From positions 195,672,001 through 195,736,000 of the forward strand of contig NC_042997.1 in NCBI RefSeq assembly GCF_006345805.1: a DNA stretch of 64,000 nucleotides, read 5' to 3'. Shown in pieces: positions 35,641-49,173 of this stretch. Within the stretch, counting starts at the first letter, position 1. The number at the start of each line of letters is the position of its first letter. The position numbers were made by a program, and so were the translations under genes. This stretch comes from Octopus sinensis. Lineage: Eukaryota. Below the pieces are notes generated by a model that ran no database searches, was not told where the DNA came from, and saw only the letters and a program-made list of their open reading frames with translations.

Positions 35641-36030
35641 TTTTAGAAGCACTCCGTCGGTTACGACGACGAGGGTTCCGGTTGATCCGAATCAACGGAA
35701 CAGCCTGCTCGTGAAATTAACGTGTAAGTGGCTGAGCACTCCACAGACACGTGTACCCTTAACGTAGTTCTCGGGGATATTCAGCGTGACACAGAGAGTG
35801 ACAAGGCCGGCCCTTTGAAATACAGGTACAACAGAAACAGGAAGTAAGAGTGAGAGAAAGTTGTGGTGAAAGAGTACAGCAGGGATCACCACCATCCCCT
35901 GCCGGAGTCTCGTGGAGCTTTTAGGTGTTTTCGCTCAATCAACACCCACAACGCCCGGTCTGGGAATCGAAACCGCGATTCTATGACCGCGAGTCCGCTG
36001 CCCTAACCACTGGGCCATTGCGCCTCCATG
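35641..36030 (-). mobile_element. SINE family B2 with 11-bp TSD
   Basis: Very similar to 10080-10464. CTGAGCTTAGT at 35630-35640 and 36031-36041; short A tail. Confidence 0.9.
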
Positions 36031-36134
36031 CTGAGCTTAGTAGAGAATAAATAATTCATGAGATTTTAAGTATTTCTTGCTCTGAACAGGTAGGTCAGTC
36101 TTTGTGATGCAGTTTTATCTTTAACAGCAGCATC

Positions 36135-36780
36135 CCTGTCATCTCTGTGTTGCTTGTCAATGGTATCTTCCAATCGCTCCAGGATGATTTTTGTAGAGAC
36201 TTTACTTGAGATGGAAACCAAGGTAATTCCTCTCCACTTTTCACATTGTGATAAATCTCAACTCTTCGGCAGCTTCATCAAAAGACCCTTCGTCCACTGC
36301 CGTCTTAACTCGAACTAATCTCCGCTTATTTAGTTCAAAGGTAAAATCTGTGCTTTTGTATGGCTCCGAAACATGGAGAGTCACCTGCAGCAACTACAAG
36401 AAGATCCAGACTTTCGTCAACAAATGTCTCCAGCAGATCCTCCATCTGAAGTGGTTCGACAGAGTACCAAATTCCGACCTGTGGGAAAGGGCCAACCAAG
36501 AGCCCATACATGTTCAGATTAGACGAAGGAAATGGTGATGGATCGGACACACACTGCGGAAAGAACCCTTAAATGTGACATGAAAAGCACTTGACTGGAA
36601 CCCACAGGGGAAAAGGAAACGAGGATGCCCGAAGCAGACATGGAAGCGGAGCATTTTGGACGAGCTCAGGACCACCGGCCTGACATGGGAAGCAGCCTAG
36701 AAAACGCCAATGAGCGCAAATAGTGGAAAACAACTGTTGAGGCCCTATTCTCCACAAGGGTCAAAAGGAAGAAGAAGTAA
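36135..36780 (+). mobile_element. RTE-clade LINE fragment with inverted 5' part
   Basis: Plus 36308-36780: KSVLLYGSETW, IRRRKW*WIGHTLRK, WNPQGKRKRGCPKQTWKR. Minus 36300-36135: WTKGLLMKLPK...DLSQCEKWRGITLVS. Confidence 0.88.
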
Positions 36781-37090
36781 ATGAAGCATCTTTATTATTT
36801 TAAATATGTGTATTCTTTCGCTAGTAGTCAATATAAGTTGACTAACGTAACGATTGTATTTTCATTGAAAATATGTTTGAAGATATTGCCTTCAGAGTGG
36901 TTTTATAAGCTTCTAGAATTTCCGTGCTGTTCAGAGGACAGGCAGGAAAGGAAATTTCAAAATCAATGCTTGAGACGGCGATGAAATTAATGAGAACCTT
37001 AAACAACAACAGCAACAACAACGACAACAACAGCAGCAACAACGACAATAACAATACCAACATCAACGACCTCAAGAACTATTCTGTACG

Positions 37091-37126
<36 letters not shown>

Positions 37127-37713
37127 TAATAATAATAATAATAATAATAATGATAATAGAAAATATTAATGTAAAAATATTAATAAATCACTCTTAAGGT
37201 TAAAACTCTTAAATAACATCTGAGCTTGACAGCTTAAGTATTGCGACTCTCATTATTCTTCATCTTTACTTTTATTGAATTCATACTCAATAGAGGCCCG
37301 GATTAATCGTTTAGTGGTTTAGATTTGACAGATCAATGATATCACCTGTGTAATACGTCACACAGTATATAAAGTTAATTCTATGTAAGGACTATTTCAG
37401 AACAAGGCCAGATATATATTCTTATATTCTTATATTCTTATATTCTTACAGGAAATAAACCTACCTCTGTTCTCTTTTGTGTATTACGTAATTAGTTTTA
37501 ACTTCTGATATTTTTTTTAAAGATTTAGCCACACGGGGGCAGAACCATTGCTCACGACTTTGGCACGCCCTCGAGATTGAGATGATTGATATGTTCGACA
37601 ATCTGTCAGGAGGAGGGGCCAATACCTAACGAACGGCTAAGTTACAGGGTTTGTAAACACAGCAACAGAGGTTGCCTAGCGATGGTAGGGGACAAACACA
37701 CACACACACACAT

Positions 37714-37744
<31 letters not shown>

Positions 37745-38280
37745 GACACAGATATACACACTCACATACACACACACACTTTCACACAGACTCAAAAAGA
37801 TCGGCGCAGGCGCGGATATGTGCTAAGAAGTTTGCGTGCAGACCAGATGGTTTCGGGTTCAGTCCCACTGCATGGCACCTTGGGCAGATGCCTTCTACTT
37901 GGGAATGGAAATAAACTACTTGTACCGACCCCGAATGGAAAGACCAAAAATATTGTTTATCATGCAGCTTTGCAATAAGTTCCAAATATACAAATTATAT
38001 CATTGTTTTGATGAAAAATGTTAATTGTTTGAAAAATATTGTTTAACTTTAATGAAATTCAATATGTACTTAATACATGAAGTGTGATTGTTGGGCCGAA
38101 AGCCCAGTCAAGGGCCCTCCGCAGAAGCCAGCTTAATAGCCGCTCCATCAAGCAGCTTTTAAGCTACACACACACACACACATATATACGTATAAAAATG
38201 TATATATATATATATATGTGTGTGTGAGTATGTGTGTGTATACACTCATACACACACAAATACACACGCACACACACACA

Positions 38281-38320
<40 letters not shown>

Positions 38321-38733
38321 TACGTTTAAATATTTGTTGTGCAAGATGTTTTATGTGAAGTCGTGTGTTGAAACAGATATTGTTATATTTCGGAATGGTC
38401 ATATTGCCAGTTTAGCCAATAAAAATATTACAGGCATCCCCCCCTCCCACACACTAAATAAACATAGACGCACATAGAGATATAAGCATGCGCAAATGAA
38501 GACATACAACAGAAATACAAAATGGCTGACGGTTAGTAAGGAGAGACACAAATACGAAAGAAGAAAACAAAGGACCACTGATGCGGTCACAGGAGTGTGA
38601 CGAAAGAACTCTGGCCGAAATAAGATTAAGATTAATGTAAAAAATAAATATCACTGAAGCAAAATAACACCAAATATATAGTGCGTGTGTTTTTATTGGC
38701 TAAACTGGTAATATGACCATTCCGAAATATAAC

Positions 38734-38819
<86 letters not shown>

Positions 38820-38823
<4 letters not shown>

Positions 38824-40101
38824 GTCATCCCATAAGTTCTGTCTGATTTTACCTTTTTTAAAATTGAAGGAAATTTAATAGTATTTTAGAATGTCTAATG
38901 GGATTAAAAATTATTTCAATGCATTTGTGTACATTTAAACTAATTAAATATTATTTTACAGAATAATAGAATTAAAATTTCATTGATTAAAACCCTTTCT
39001 AACATGAAAGTATCTAAAGGGCATTTATGGCACATAATGAACACAAAAATGGAATCTCTGCAGCTGAAGCGACTCGAAACATACACTCAGTTTAGGGGAA
39101 AGAATGCTTGAATGAAAGAACTTGCAGAAGATGGTTTGCAAAATTCAGAAATGGAGATTTCAACCTTGAAGATGAAGATCAAACAGGACATCCAGTTGAG
39201 TCTGATGATAAGCTCCTTGAGGCATTACTTGAAGAAAATCCTGCATTATCAGTTGAAGAATTGGCAATAAAGATAAGTTAAAACCAACCATACAACAGTT
39301 CATCGTCATCTTCAACAACTTGGAAAGGTTCCTAAACTTGGAAAATGGTTGCCTCATGAATTGTCCAAAAGCAACCGCAAGTCCCGAGTTGATATCTGCT
39401 CTTCACTCCATTCTCGCGAACTCATTTCATCTTTTTTGGATAGACTTGTGACTGGTGACGAAAAATGGATCTTCTATCAAAAAGGTAAACATCGTAAACA
39501 GTGGCTTGGTAAAAGGGAAACGGCTCAACTACAACCGAGAAGGGAAATTCATTGGAAAAAGGTTCTCCTCTCTATCTAGTGGGATTGCAAATGAGTAATT
39601 CACTTTGGATTGTTACCACCTAATGCAACAATCAATGCTCAAGTCTACTGTTAGCAACTAGAGCGTTTGAACCAAACTTTGAAGAAAAAAGACCTGCTTT
39701 AATGAATCGAAAAGGAGTGATGTTTCATTAGGTCAATGTACGTTCCCACACTGCAAAGATCACATCACAGAAGATGTGAAGAGCTTGGTTAGGAATAAAT
39801 TCTCATCCACCTTATTCTCCCGATTTTGCTACTTCAGACTACCATTTTTTCGTAGTTTACAGAATAATTTGGGGGACATAAATTTCGCAAGCCAGGAGGA
39901 GGTCGAAACTGACATTTCAGAGTTCTTCGCTTTGAAACCAAAAGAGTTTTACATTGATAGGATTAAAAAGCTTGTAAATAGATGGAAGAAAGTAATAGAT
40001 AATCAGGGAAAGTAATTTCAGGGAAGAAATTTCAATTAAATATAACATTTGATTACTTGTTTTCTGTATTCAAAATTCGAACAGAATTTATGTGATGACC
40101 T

Positions 40102-40103
<2 letters not shown>
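38820..40103 (+). mobile_element. Full-length mariner transposon (about 1.28 kb) in (TA)n
   Basis: TIRs TCAGGTCATCCCATAAGTTCTG and the reverse complement TCAGGTCATCACATAAATTCTG; (TA)n on both sides. Confidence 0.92.
39004..40015 (+). pseudogene. Mariner transposase, disrupted
   Basis: GKWLPHEL, LVTGDEKWIFY, KKVLLSI*WD, and a degenerate YSPD-like region; several stops and frameshifts. Confidence 0.9.
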
Positions 40104-40168
<65 letters not shown>

Positions 40169-40689
40169 CACTCACGTATGCATATATACAACTGGCTCGG
40201 GGCTATAAAGTAGGTGCTGCGCAGTGGGACTGAAACCAATATCACGTGGTTAGGAAGCCAGCTTCTTAACAACACAGCTGCGTCTGAACCTATATCGATA
40301 AATCAAAGACTAAATATGCAAAATTGGAATTATCAAAAAAAAAAGGAAAGAAAGAAAGAAAAGAAAAAGAAAAGAGAAAGGCAAGGAATTTATCGATAAA
40401 CAGAAAGAAATGAGAAACAAACGCAGGTACTTTGGCAGTGGAATATTGCCAAATATATATTTGGTGGTTCTGTTTCCGTCTTGATGAAGAATGACTATTT
40501 TTGGTTCGATGATGTCACATCATTCTATATTATTGAATAAATCCCAGATTACAAGTTTAATAACATTTCACACAAGGGAATGTTAGCCATGGAATAAAAA
40601 AAACAAAACGAACTACCATTCATGTGTTTTAGTTGTTTTAGAATTCACAGAAAACAGAAAAAGGTTTTTACAACTAAAGTTTGGAGTCC

Positions 40690-40904
40690 TACTTAAGCGT
40701 AACTTCCTTCCTTCATTTCTTTCGTTTGTTTTTCTTACTTCGCCTTTGTTTGTTTCTTTGTCTGTTTCTTTTCTTCTTTATTTTCCTTTCTTTCTTTTTG
40801 TTCCCTCTTTTTTCATTCCTTTTTCGTCGTTCTTTGTTATTCTGTCTTCCTTAACTTTCATTCTTTCTTTCTTTCGTTCTTCCTTCCTTCTTTCTTTCTT
40901 TCAT

Positions 40905-40936
<32 letters not shown>

Positions 40937-40995
40937 TTTTTTCTTTCTTCTTTCTTTCTTTCTTCTTTCTTTCTTTCTTTCTTTCTTTCTTTTTT

Positions 40996-41036
<41 letters not shown>

Positions 41037-41109
41037 TTTCTTTCTTTACTACCGTCTTTATTCTTTTTCCATCTATTTCCTTCTTTCTACTTTTCCTTCT
41101 TTCATAGCC

Positions 41110-41149
<40 letters not shown>

Positions 41150-41350
41150 TTTTTCTTTCTTTCTTCTTTCTTTCTTTTTCTTTCTTTCATTCTTTCCTAC
41201 CGTATTTTTTTCTTTTTTGATCTATTTCCTTCTTTCTACCTTTCCTTCCTTCCTAGCTTCTTTCTTTCGTTCCGTCTTTATTCATTTTCATTCATTTCCT
41301 TCTTTCTTAGCTTCTTTCGTTTCGCCTTCCTACCTTCCTTCCTTCCTACC
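40690..41350. repeat. (TTTC)n pyrimidine-rich tract
   Basis: Direct reading of the sequence. Confidence 0.95.
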
Positions 41351-42044
41351 TATTCCACCCACTTTAATCCATTATTTTGGAAACGGTCACTCAGTTATTT
41401 CTCTCTCGTCTTTCCTATTAATAATAACTCTATTATGATCTACCTTTAGATAGCAAATGTTTCTTTGTTCCTGCTTTAAAAAAACCATATACACATATAC
41501 ACAAATATCTATATATAACTACAAATGCACACACACACACACATATATACATATACGTGTGTACTTTAATACGTGTACGCTCATACACACATGGACACGA
41601 AACCATACGTATGTAAGTGTATACATATATGTATGTACATACACAGACAGTAGTACACAAACACGTTTATAAAGAAACACATGTCCATACACAGAAAGAG
41701 TAAAAAATGTAAGGAGATATATACTTAAAATGCCTTTAAATCCTGTTTTCCAAACTGAAAAAAAAAACGAAAAACAAAAAGAAAAGAGGAGAAAAAGAAG
41801 AAAAAAAAACAAACGCTAAGAAATATAGCAAACTCGACTTCAATATACTATAAATATTTTTGTTATCGACCGGATTACGAGCAATATTATACAATTATAC
41901 GAAACATATAAAAACTGATCTCTCTCTCTCTCTCTCTCTCTCTTCTCTATCTCTATATATTATATATATATTATTATATATATATATTATATATATATAT
42001 ATACAATATACATATACATACATACGTACGTATGTATATGTATT

Positions 42045-42080
<36 letters not shown>

Positions 42081-42286
42081 TAGAGAGATAGATAGCTATT
42101 GTAATCTATATATATATATATATAATATGTACCTAATATATATGTATATATATATAAATAGAGATATTACACACACACATATATATGCATACATATATGT
42201 ATATATGTATATATATGCATATATATACAAGCATATACCATATATACATATATATACATATATATATGTAATTATATATATATTAT

Positions 42287-42327
<41 letters not shown>

Positions 42328-42585
42328 AAATCAGAAATAAGGGTGAAAAATTGGATATTATTTTAATAATGCCATCAATTAACACCAAGTGGCTTAGCGC
42401 ATAAAAACCAGGGATACAATAAAAAATTATACATAAATATAAGAGAGTGCCCACTACGTGGTCGACTCTTACACTAAAAATAGATCCGCTATGGTCTCAA
42501 CCACCAAGAATTGTTTCCAAGGAGAATTAACACAACTATGAGCGTAAACGAGCACGACAAATGAAAAATAACATACATGTAGATT

Positions 42586-42664
42586 AATTCTAGACAATTG
42601 TTTCGCTATTAATGAATTATGCAATTTTACTTACGTAATATATCCATAGCTCATCAGTAGAATT
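42586..42664 (-). ncRNA. Type I hammerhead ribozyme, canonical
   Basis: Exact reverse complement of 42899-42977. Confidence 0.85.
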
Positions 42665-42898
42665 TGTCTTGGATGCAATTTACTAAACCGCACGCCAAAT
42701 TTTAACATAACGCCAAACACACGTGTGGTTTAATTATACTGCAGTAAATTTTTTATGCAGTATTTGTTTTACGGGATTTTTGGTGAACTATAGCGAGGGC
42801 ATTCGAATCATAACTCCGAATATAATTGACTAAACCACACGTGTGTTTGACGTTATGTTAAAATTTGGCGTGCGGTTTAGTAAATTGCATCCAATACA

Positions 42899-42977
42899 AA
42901 TTCTACTGATGAGCTATGGATATATTACGTAAGTAAAATTGCATAATTCATTAATAGCGAAACAATTGTCTAGAATT
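42899..42977 (+). ncRNA. Type I hammerhead ribozyme, canonical
   Basis: AATTCTA-CTGATGA-GCTAT-(36 nt)-ATAGC-GAAA-CAATTG-T-C-TAGAATT: 7-bp stem I, 5-bp stem II, palindromic stem III ACAATTGT, GUC cleavage after 42970. Confidence 0.85.
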
Positions 42978-43192
42978 AATCTACATGTATGTTATTTTTC
43001 ATTTGTCCTCCTCGTTTAGGCTCATAGTTGTGTTAATTCTCCTTGGAAACAATTCTTGGTGGTTGAGACCATAGCGGATTTATTTTTAGCGCAAGAGTCG
43101 ACCACATAGTGGACACTCTCTTATATTTGTGTATGTATATATATATATATATATATAAATGTCTATATATATATATTTTATTATATAGAAGG

Positions 43193-43243
43193 AGCTTCTA
43201 CAGGACTAGAACTGTTTCATTCAAGAGAAATCTTCAGGAAGCT
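43193..43243 (-). ncRNA. Type I hammerhead motif of a different family
   Basis: AGCTTC-CTGAAGA-TTTC-tctt-GAAT-GAAA-CAG-ttctagtc-CTG-T-A-GAAGCT, with a U-U mismatch at 10.1/11.1. Confidence 0.65.
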
Positions 43244-44343
43244 AGTTAACAAGAATTGTATTGGCATTTATACATTTAGGCAGGGTTTAACGGGGTGTTG
43301 GTGGGGGACTTTTTTGGGGGTAGCATAGCACAAAATATCATACTTGGGGAGTGGTCAAGGAGTCAGTGTTAAATTAGATAGAAGAATAAATAAAAAAATA
43401 AAATAAAAATAAAAAAATAAAAAAAAAAATAAAAAATAAAAAATAAAAAAATAAAAAAAAAAACCTATATATAAAAAAACAAAAAACCCTATATATAAAA
43501 AAAGGGGGGATAGAGTTTAGGTAAATAGGAGATTCTCACTTATACCTATGCACACATGTATACATACATACACCACATACAAACATATATACATATACAT
43601 ACACACATTCATACACACACATATATATACATATATTATACACTTACACATACACATGCATATACATATCTACACATACCATATATGTATACACAACACA
43701 CACTCACATGCATACACGTATACACACATGTATATATACACACACGACCTCAATACATATACGCACAGAAAAATATATATACACAAACACCACACTACTC
43801 ACATACACGCATACCACACATATCCACACACACACCTGCACACACAGCGCACTAGTCCCTATATACACATAATACACATACACACACATATATACACTAC
43901 ATACATATACATACATGTTATACCTATGCAAACCTACACATACACACAATATATATACACATACTAATACAGACCCATTCCCTAATTTTAATTTTATTTA
44001 TCTTCTGTTTATTACTTTTGTTATCTTTGGCCGCTTGGTCACAAACATCTTGGTATGGCAGCCAGTCCATTTATCTGTCTACTGGAAACAAGCACTCATT
44101 CACTCACGCACACTCTTTAGCACGTACTCTCACTCATTCGTACAATCATACACATACACGCACGCACGCGTTATATTCCACATACATCCATCTACTACAT
44201 CACGTATTACACATACCTACGCGTACCTACAGATTTATGTCTACACTCTTAGAAGGCTAGTCTATATAGATACACAATAAATATAAATACACACACATAC
44301 ATATACACCTACATACAAATACATACATGTTATATATTACATA

Positions 44344-44377
<34 letters not shown>

Positions 44378-44755
44378 CATATATATTCACACACATATAT
44401 ACATACACATATATACAACACACACATACGCATACACACACATATACATATATATACACTACACGCACATGCACATGTACATGCGTACCCATACACACAC
44501 ACACACCACGCGCGCATCCATAATACACATAAGTACACACATGCGTAAAAGTATACATATATCTATGCTTACACATACACACACACACACGCGCCTCCTT
44601 ATATTCATACTTACAGCATACTCAAAAAATAAGGAAATAGTAAAATAATATACGCGCAGTTATTCGTACATGCATACTCAAAAAATAAATAATAAATATT
44701 AAGTATATGTACGGTGCAGTTACCTATTATTAGACGGATACATACATATAAACTT

Positions 44756-44802
<47 letters not shown>

Positions 44803-44886
44803 TAATATACATATACATACATATATATATACACACATACACATACATATATACATACATATACATCTAATATATACACATAGGTG

Positions 44887-44924
<38 letters not shown>

Positions 44925-45705
44925 TATATCTAGTATATATATATATATGTATACCTACATATATATATATATATATTATATATAATATATATATATATAT
45001 ATATATTGAAGTAGATAATGAATTAATTATTACGATTATTCAAATGATAACCGATCCTGGGTTAGCAAAAATCACACAGAAAAATCACGGTTGAGGTTAC
45101 GACTATGGGGTCTCAAAACCGTGCCTTAGTGCCGAATTTGAAGTTTTATATATTTATTTATTTGTTTATTTATTATTTATTTATTTATTTAGTGTAGGAA
45201 GAAATGGAGCTGAACGAAGATTAACAAAATTCCTTTTTATTATTTTCTACATATGTTTCAAAGGCTGCAAAGTCCCTAATTCGGATTGAATAAGGAGTCC
45301 ATTTGCAGGGAAATCCAGGAACTTAATTCTCCAACAAAATGCACAGCAGCTTTTCGACAAAACGCTCACGAGGAGCCCATGGGATAAAATGGCACAAAAC
45401 TGTCTATCATATGCGTTGACGCCAGCTAGGTGTGAAGCCGACGAAAAGTCCGTTGAGATAATTCAAGGTCAAAATCCGGTTAACAGGGGGGGGGTTTACA
45501 GGAAATCAAAGAGTGTGAATGTATTCTGTATGACTGTGTTAATATTCGAATTGTTTTAAGAATGAGTGCTATAGTGTTTGTGTGAGAAATTGCTTACATG
45601 TATGTGTGCGTGCGTCTATGTATGTGTTGCAGGGTGTGTTTAGAAGGCTTCAGAGAGAGAGATATAGCAGATATTAATGGTCAAGCAACAAAAAAGGGAC
45701 TGGTG

Positions 45706-45805
45706 NNNNNNNNNNNNNNNNNNNNNNNNNNNNNNNNNNNNNNNNNNNNNNNNNNNNNNNNNNNNNNNNNNNNNNNNNNNNNNNNNNNNNNNNNNNNNNN
45801 NNNNN
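45706..45805. other. Assembly gap
   Basis: 100 consecutive N. Confidence 1.
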
Positions 45806-45884
45806 ATATAGACAGGCCAAACTTTTCCAATTAGCATTTGCCTTTTTCGTTCTATAAACATTCAGTGATTTTCTCATTCTTTTT

Positions 45885-46333
45885 CTCTTTTTGTTTCAGT
45901 CAATTGACGCGGCCATCGAGCAAATCGACCCCAGGTCTTATTCTTTGTAAGCTTAGTACTTATTCTATCGATCTTTCTTTTGCCGAACCGCTAAGTTACG
46001 GGGACGTAAACACCACCACCATCGGTTGTCGAGCGATGTTGGTGGGACAAACACAGACACACACAAAACACATACATTCATTTATATATAATATAATATA
46101 TACATAATATATATATATATAATTATATATATATATATATATTATATCTATATATTATACATATTTACGACGAGCTTCTTTCAGTTCCGTCTACCAAATC
46201 CACTCACAAGGCTTTGGTCGACCCGAGGCTACAGTATAAGACACATGCCCAAGGTGCCACGCTGTGGGAATGAACCCGGAACCATGTGGTTGGTAAGCAA
46301 GTTATTTACCACACAGTCACTCCTGCGCCTATG
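45885..46333 (-). mobile_element. SINE family C
   Basis: Head at about 46333, CORE segment, internal (TA)n and 3' body. Confidence 0.85.
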
Positions 46334-46984
46334 GTACTTTTCGCTCTGCACCACTTACGGTACAAATTCTTAGGAAATGAATAAAGCTGACTCTACGGAC
46401 TGCGGACATTGACCAGAGCCTGAGAAGTTTTTCTGTGGGTTTCTATTTTATTACTGGATTTAATAGAGTTATTGGCTTAATCTCGCTGAAGTGTTTATGA
46501 AAAGGTTATAAAGGAAAATGTAGTTATGAGACGAACTACAACCGAAATGACTGGATTCTCACGGCTAGATTTTCTCTGTTCAACCAGAGTTTATATGGGT
46601 CAAAATATAAAACAGAAGCCATTTGCGAACTTTTTTATGAACTGAAGGTGAATGACAGAAAATGCTATCTCGAGCAGGATTTGACATTTGCTAAGGCAGT
46701 CAGTCATCTCTGCAGTATTTGCACTTCCATATCCTTATACCCTTGGCCTCTCTCTATCTTCCTCGAACCAGTTAGCCCTAGATAGATGAAGCTGAAGTGA
46801 ACAGCGATAAGATATGAACTGCAAGTGTAAAGGGGCATAATATACATCGTTACATTTCTCCCACATATTACCATTTCGCAACTGAAGCACCTAATTCATA
46901 TTAAGTTACAATCAGATATGTTAATATTTTTAAAGGGCCCGGCTAGTTTTATAAGTCCTAAATTTTACTACTTTTCTTATTTCT

Positions 46985-47395
46985 ATTTCTTTACTACCCA
47001 CAAGGGGCTAAACACAATGGGGGACACACACGGACAGTCAAACGGATTAAGTCGATTACATCGACCCCAGTGCGTAACTTGTACTTAATTTATCGACTCC
47101 GAAAGGATAAAAGGCAAAGTCGACCTCGGAAGAATTTGAACTCAGAACGTAGCAGCAGACAAAATACCTATTTCTTTATTACCCACAAGGGGCTAAACAC
47201 AGAGGGGACAAGCAACGACAGACACACGTATTAAGTCGATTACATCGACCCCAGTGCGTAACTTGTACTTAATTTATCGACTCCGAAAGGATAAAAGGCA
47301 AAGTCGACCTCGGAAGAATTTGAACTCAAATTTGAACGAAATATCGCTAAGCATTATCGCCCAGCGTGCGAACGTTTCTGCCAGCTCGTTGCCTT
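46985..47395 (-). mobile_element. SINE family A dimer
   Basis: Two tandem cores separated by the GACAAATACCTATTTCTTT junction. Confidence 0.85.
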
Positions 47396-47936
47396 TACTT
47401 ATTTCATAGTCAACTGGTATTTTATGATGTCTTTCTTGTGTATACTGTACGAGAGAATTAATCATGTTTTGTAATGAGTTCTATCATGAAATCTAAATAG
47501 CTGCTCTCCAAAGGCTTACAAAACAACTAACAAACGATTGTCATTGATAGATTAATAGAGAAATTACCATCACAATCGATGGAGAACGGCGATGATGACA
47601 ATGCCACCAGTGCGCTTTATTTTGTTTAATTTATAAATAAAAAGCAAAAACTGCCTATAAACTGCCTTATCGATTTTCTGTTCAACAAGGCCAAAATCAA
47701 TGACGATAGAGGGTTTTTTTTCTTTTAGCTAAGATCGAATTTTTACTGAGCTGCTGTAACTATATTTCACATTAGGTCATTCAAACTTATTAAATTCGTA
47801 AATAGCTATAATCTTTTAACTGTCTTATCATTTAGCGAACATTGAAAAGTAAAAAAAATGCCGTTTTCCCCTTTCGATATAACGAATAACATATAATCAA
47901 AAATATGTAACTTTTTTTTTCCCATCGCCTGCTCAG

Positions 47937-47937
47937 A

Positions 47938-47969
<32 letters not shown>

Positions 47970-47992
47970 TAATAATAATAATAATAAAAATG

Positions 47993-48031
<39 letters not shown>

Positions 48032-48139
48032 GTAATAATAATAATGATAATAATAATGATAATAATAATGATAATAACAATGATGATAATAATAATAATA
48101 ATGATAATAATGATAATAATAATGATAATAATAATAATG

Positions 48140-48189
<50 letters not shown>

Positions 48190-48248
48190 AATAATGATAA
48201 TAATAATAATAATGATAATAATAATGATAATAATAATGACAATAATAA

Positions 48249-48292
<44 letters not shown>

Positions 48293-48300
48293 TAGTAATA
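47937..48300. repeat. (AAT/GAT)n microsatellite
   Basis: Direct reading of the sequence. Confidence 0.95.
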
Positions 48301-48344
48301 AAAATCAGATAAAATAAACAAGTGTTGCAGCCATAGAATTATAT

Positions 48345-48655
48345 TGTCACTGAAATTATTGAAAAAGAATATTTGTTTGAGGTGAGCGAAAAAAGTGTTG
48401 ACAAAATCATTAAATGGTGATATAATGGCTGAAATATTTCGTCGGTGAATTTAGTGCAGGTTTATATGAATGGCGCACAACGACTTTGCACAATGTGCCA
48501 GAATCCATGTCTCTCTGCGGCACATGAAGCTATCGTATTTTATATATCTCATTCAGTGAATAGATTTAGTTTTAATGGAGAAAAATTGTTTGAAAGGGCT
48601 AAAATCGTGCTGAATACGCAACTCGGATGTTCAAATATTTTTGTATTGTGGATGT
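48345..48655 (+). mobile_element. Possible highly decayed hAT transposase remnant
   Basis: One frame with two TGA stops reads ...VQVYMNGAQ...AIVFYISHSVN, loosely like hAT GQGYDNGAN...CxxHSLN. Confidence 0.3.
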
Positions 48656-48883
48656 AAGACGTGATATTCGTGTGTTTAATCAATACGTATAGGCATTATA
48701 TATATATGTGTGTGTATGAGTGTGTGTGTATGTGTGTGTGCGCGTGTGTGTATATGTGTGTATGTGTGTTTGTGTGTTTGCGTGTGCGCGCGCGTGCATG
48801 TAAGTTTCAGCGTTGTATTATATATATATATGTGTGTGTATACGTGTATATATATATATTATAATATATATATAGATATAAGT

Positions 48884-48942
<59 letters not shown>

Positions 48943-48971
48943 AATAATATATATATTATATAATTATATAC

Positions 48972-49013
<42 letters not shown>

Positions 49014-49142
49014 TACAACCACACATATATATATGTATATAATATATATATATATATATATAATACACATATAATATATATATATATATACATGCATACA
49101 CACTATGTATATATATATATATATTTATAACACACATAGATA

Positions 49143-49173
<31 letters not shown>

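Larger units (their letters stand above)
42325..43133. mobile_element. Large PLE-derived palindrome: ~303-bp arms, ~98-bp spacer, left arm extending to a 3' terminus
   Basis: 42430-42732 is the reverse complement of 42831-43133 with few mismatches; (TA)n on both sides. Confidence 0.9.

Noticed and set aside
40746-41438. 230-aa hydrophobic membrane-protein-like ORF
   Set aside because: Translation of a (TTTC)n tract.
45240-45330. Minus-strand GAAACATATGTA hammerhead half
   Set aside because: No CUGANGA or stem II partner is recognisable; at most a decayed remnant.
48406-48434. Perfect bacterial sigma-70 promoter: TTGACA-17 bp-TATAAT with extended -10 TG and an upstream A tract
   Set aside because: No bacterial gene context; it lies between microsatellites inside a possible decayed hAT frame. 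Most likely chance in AT-rich DNA.
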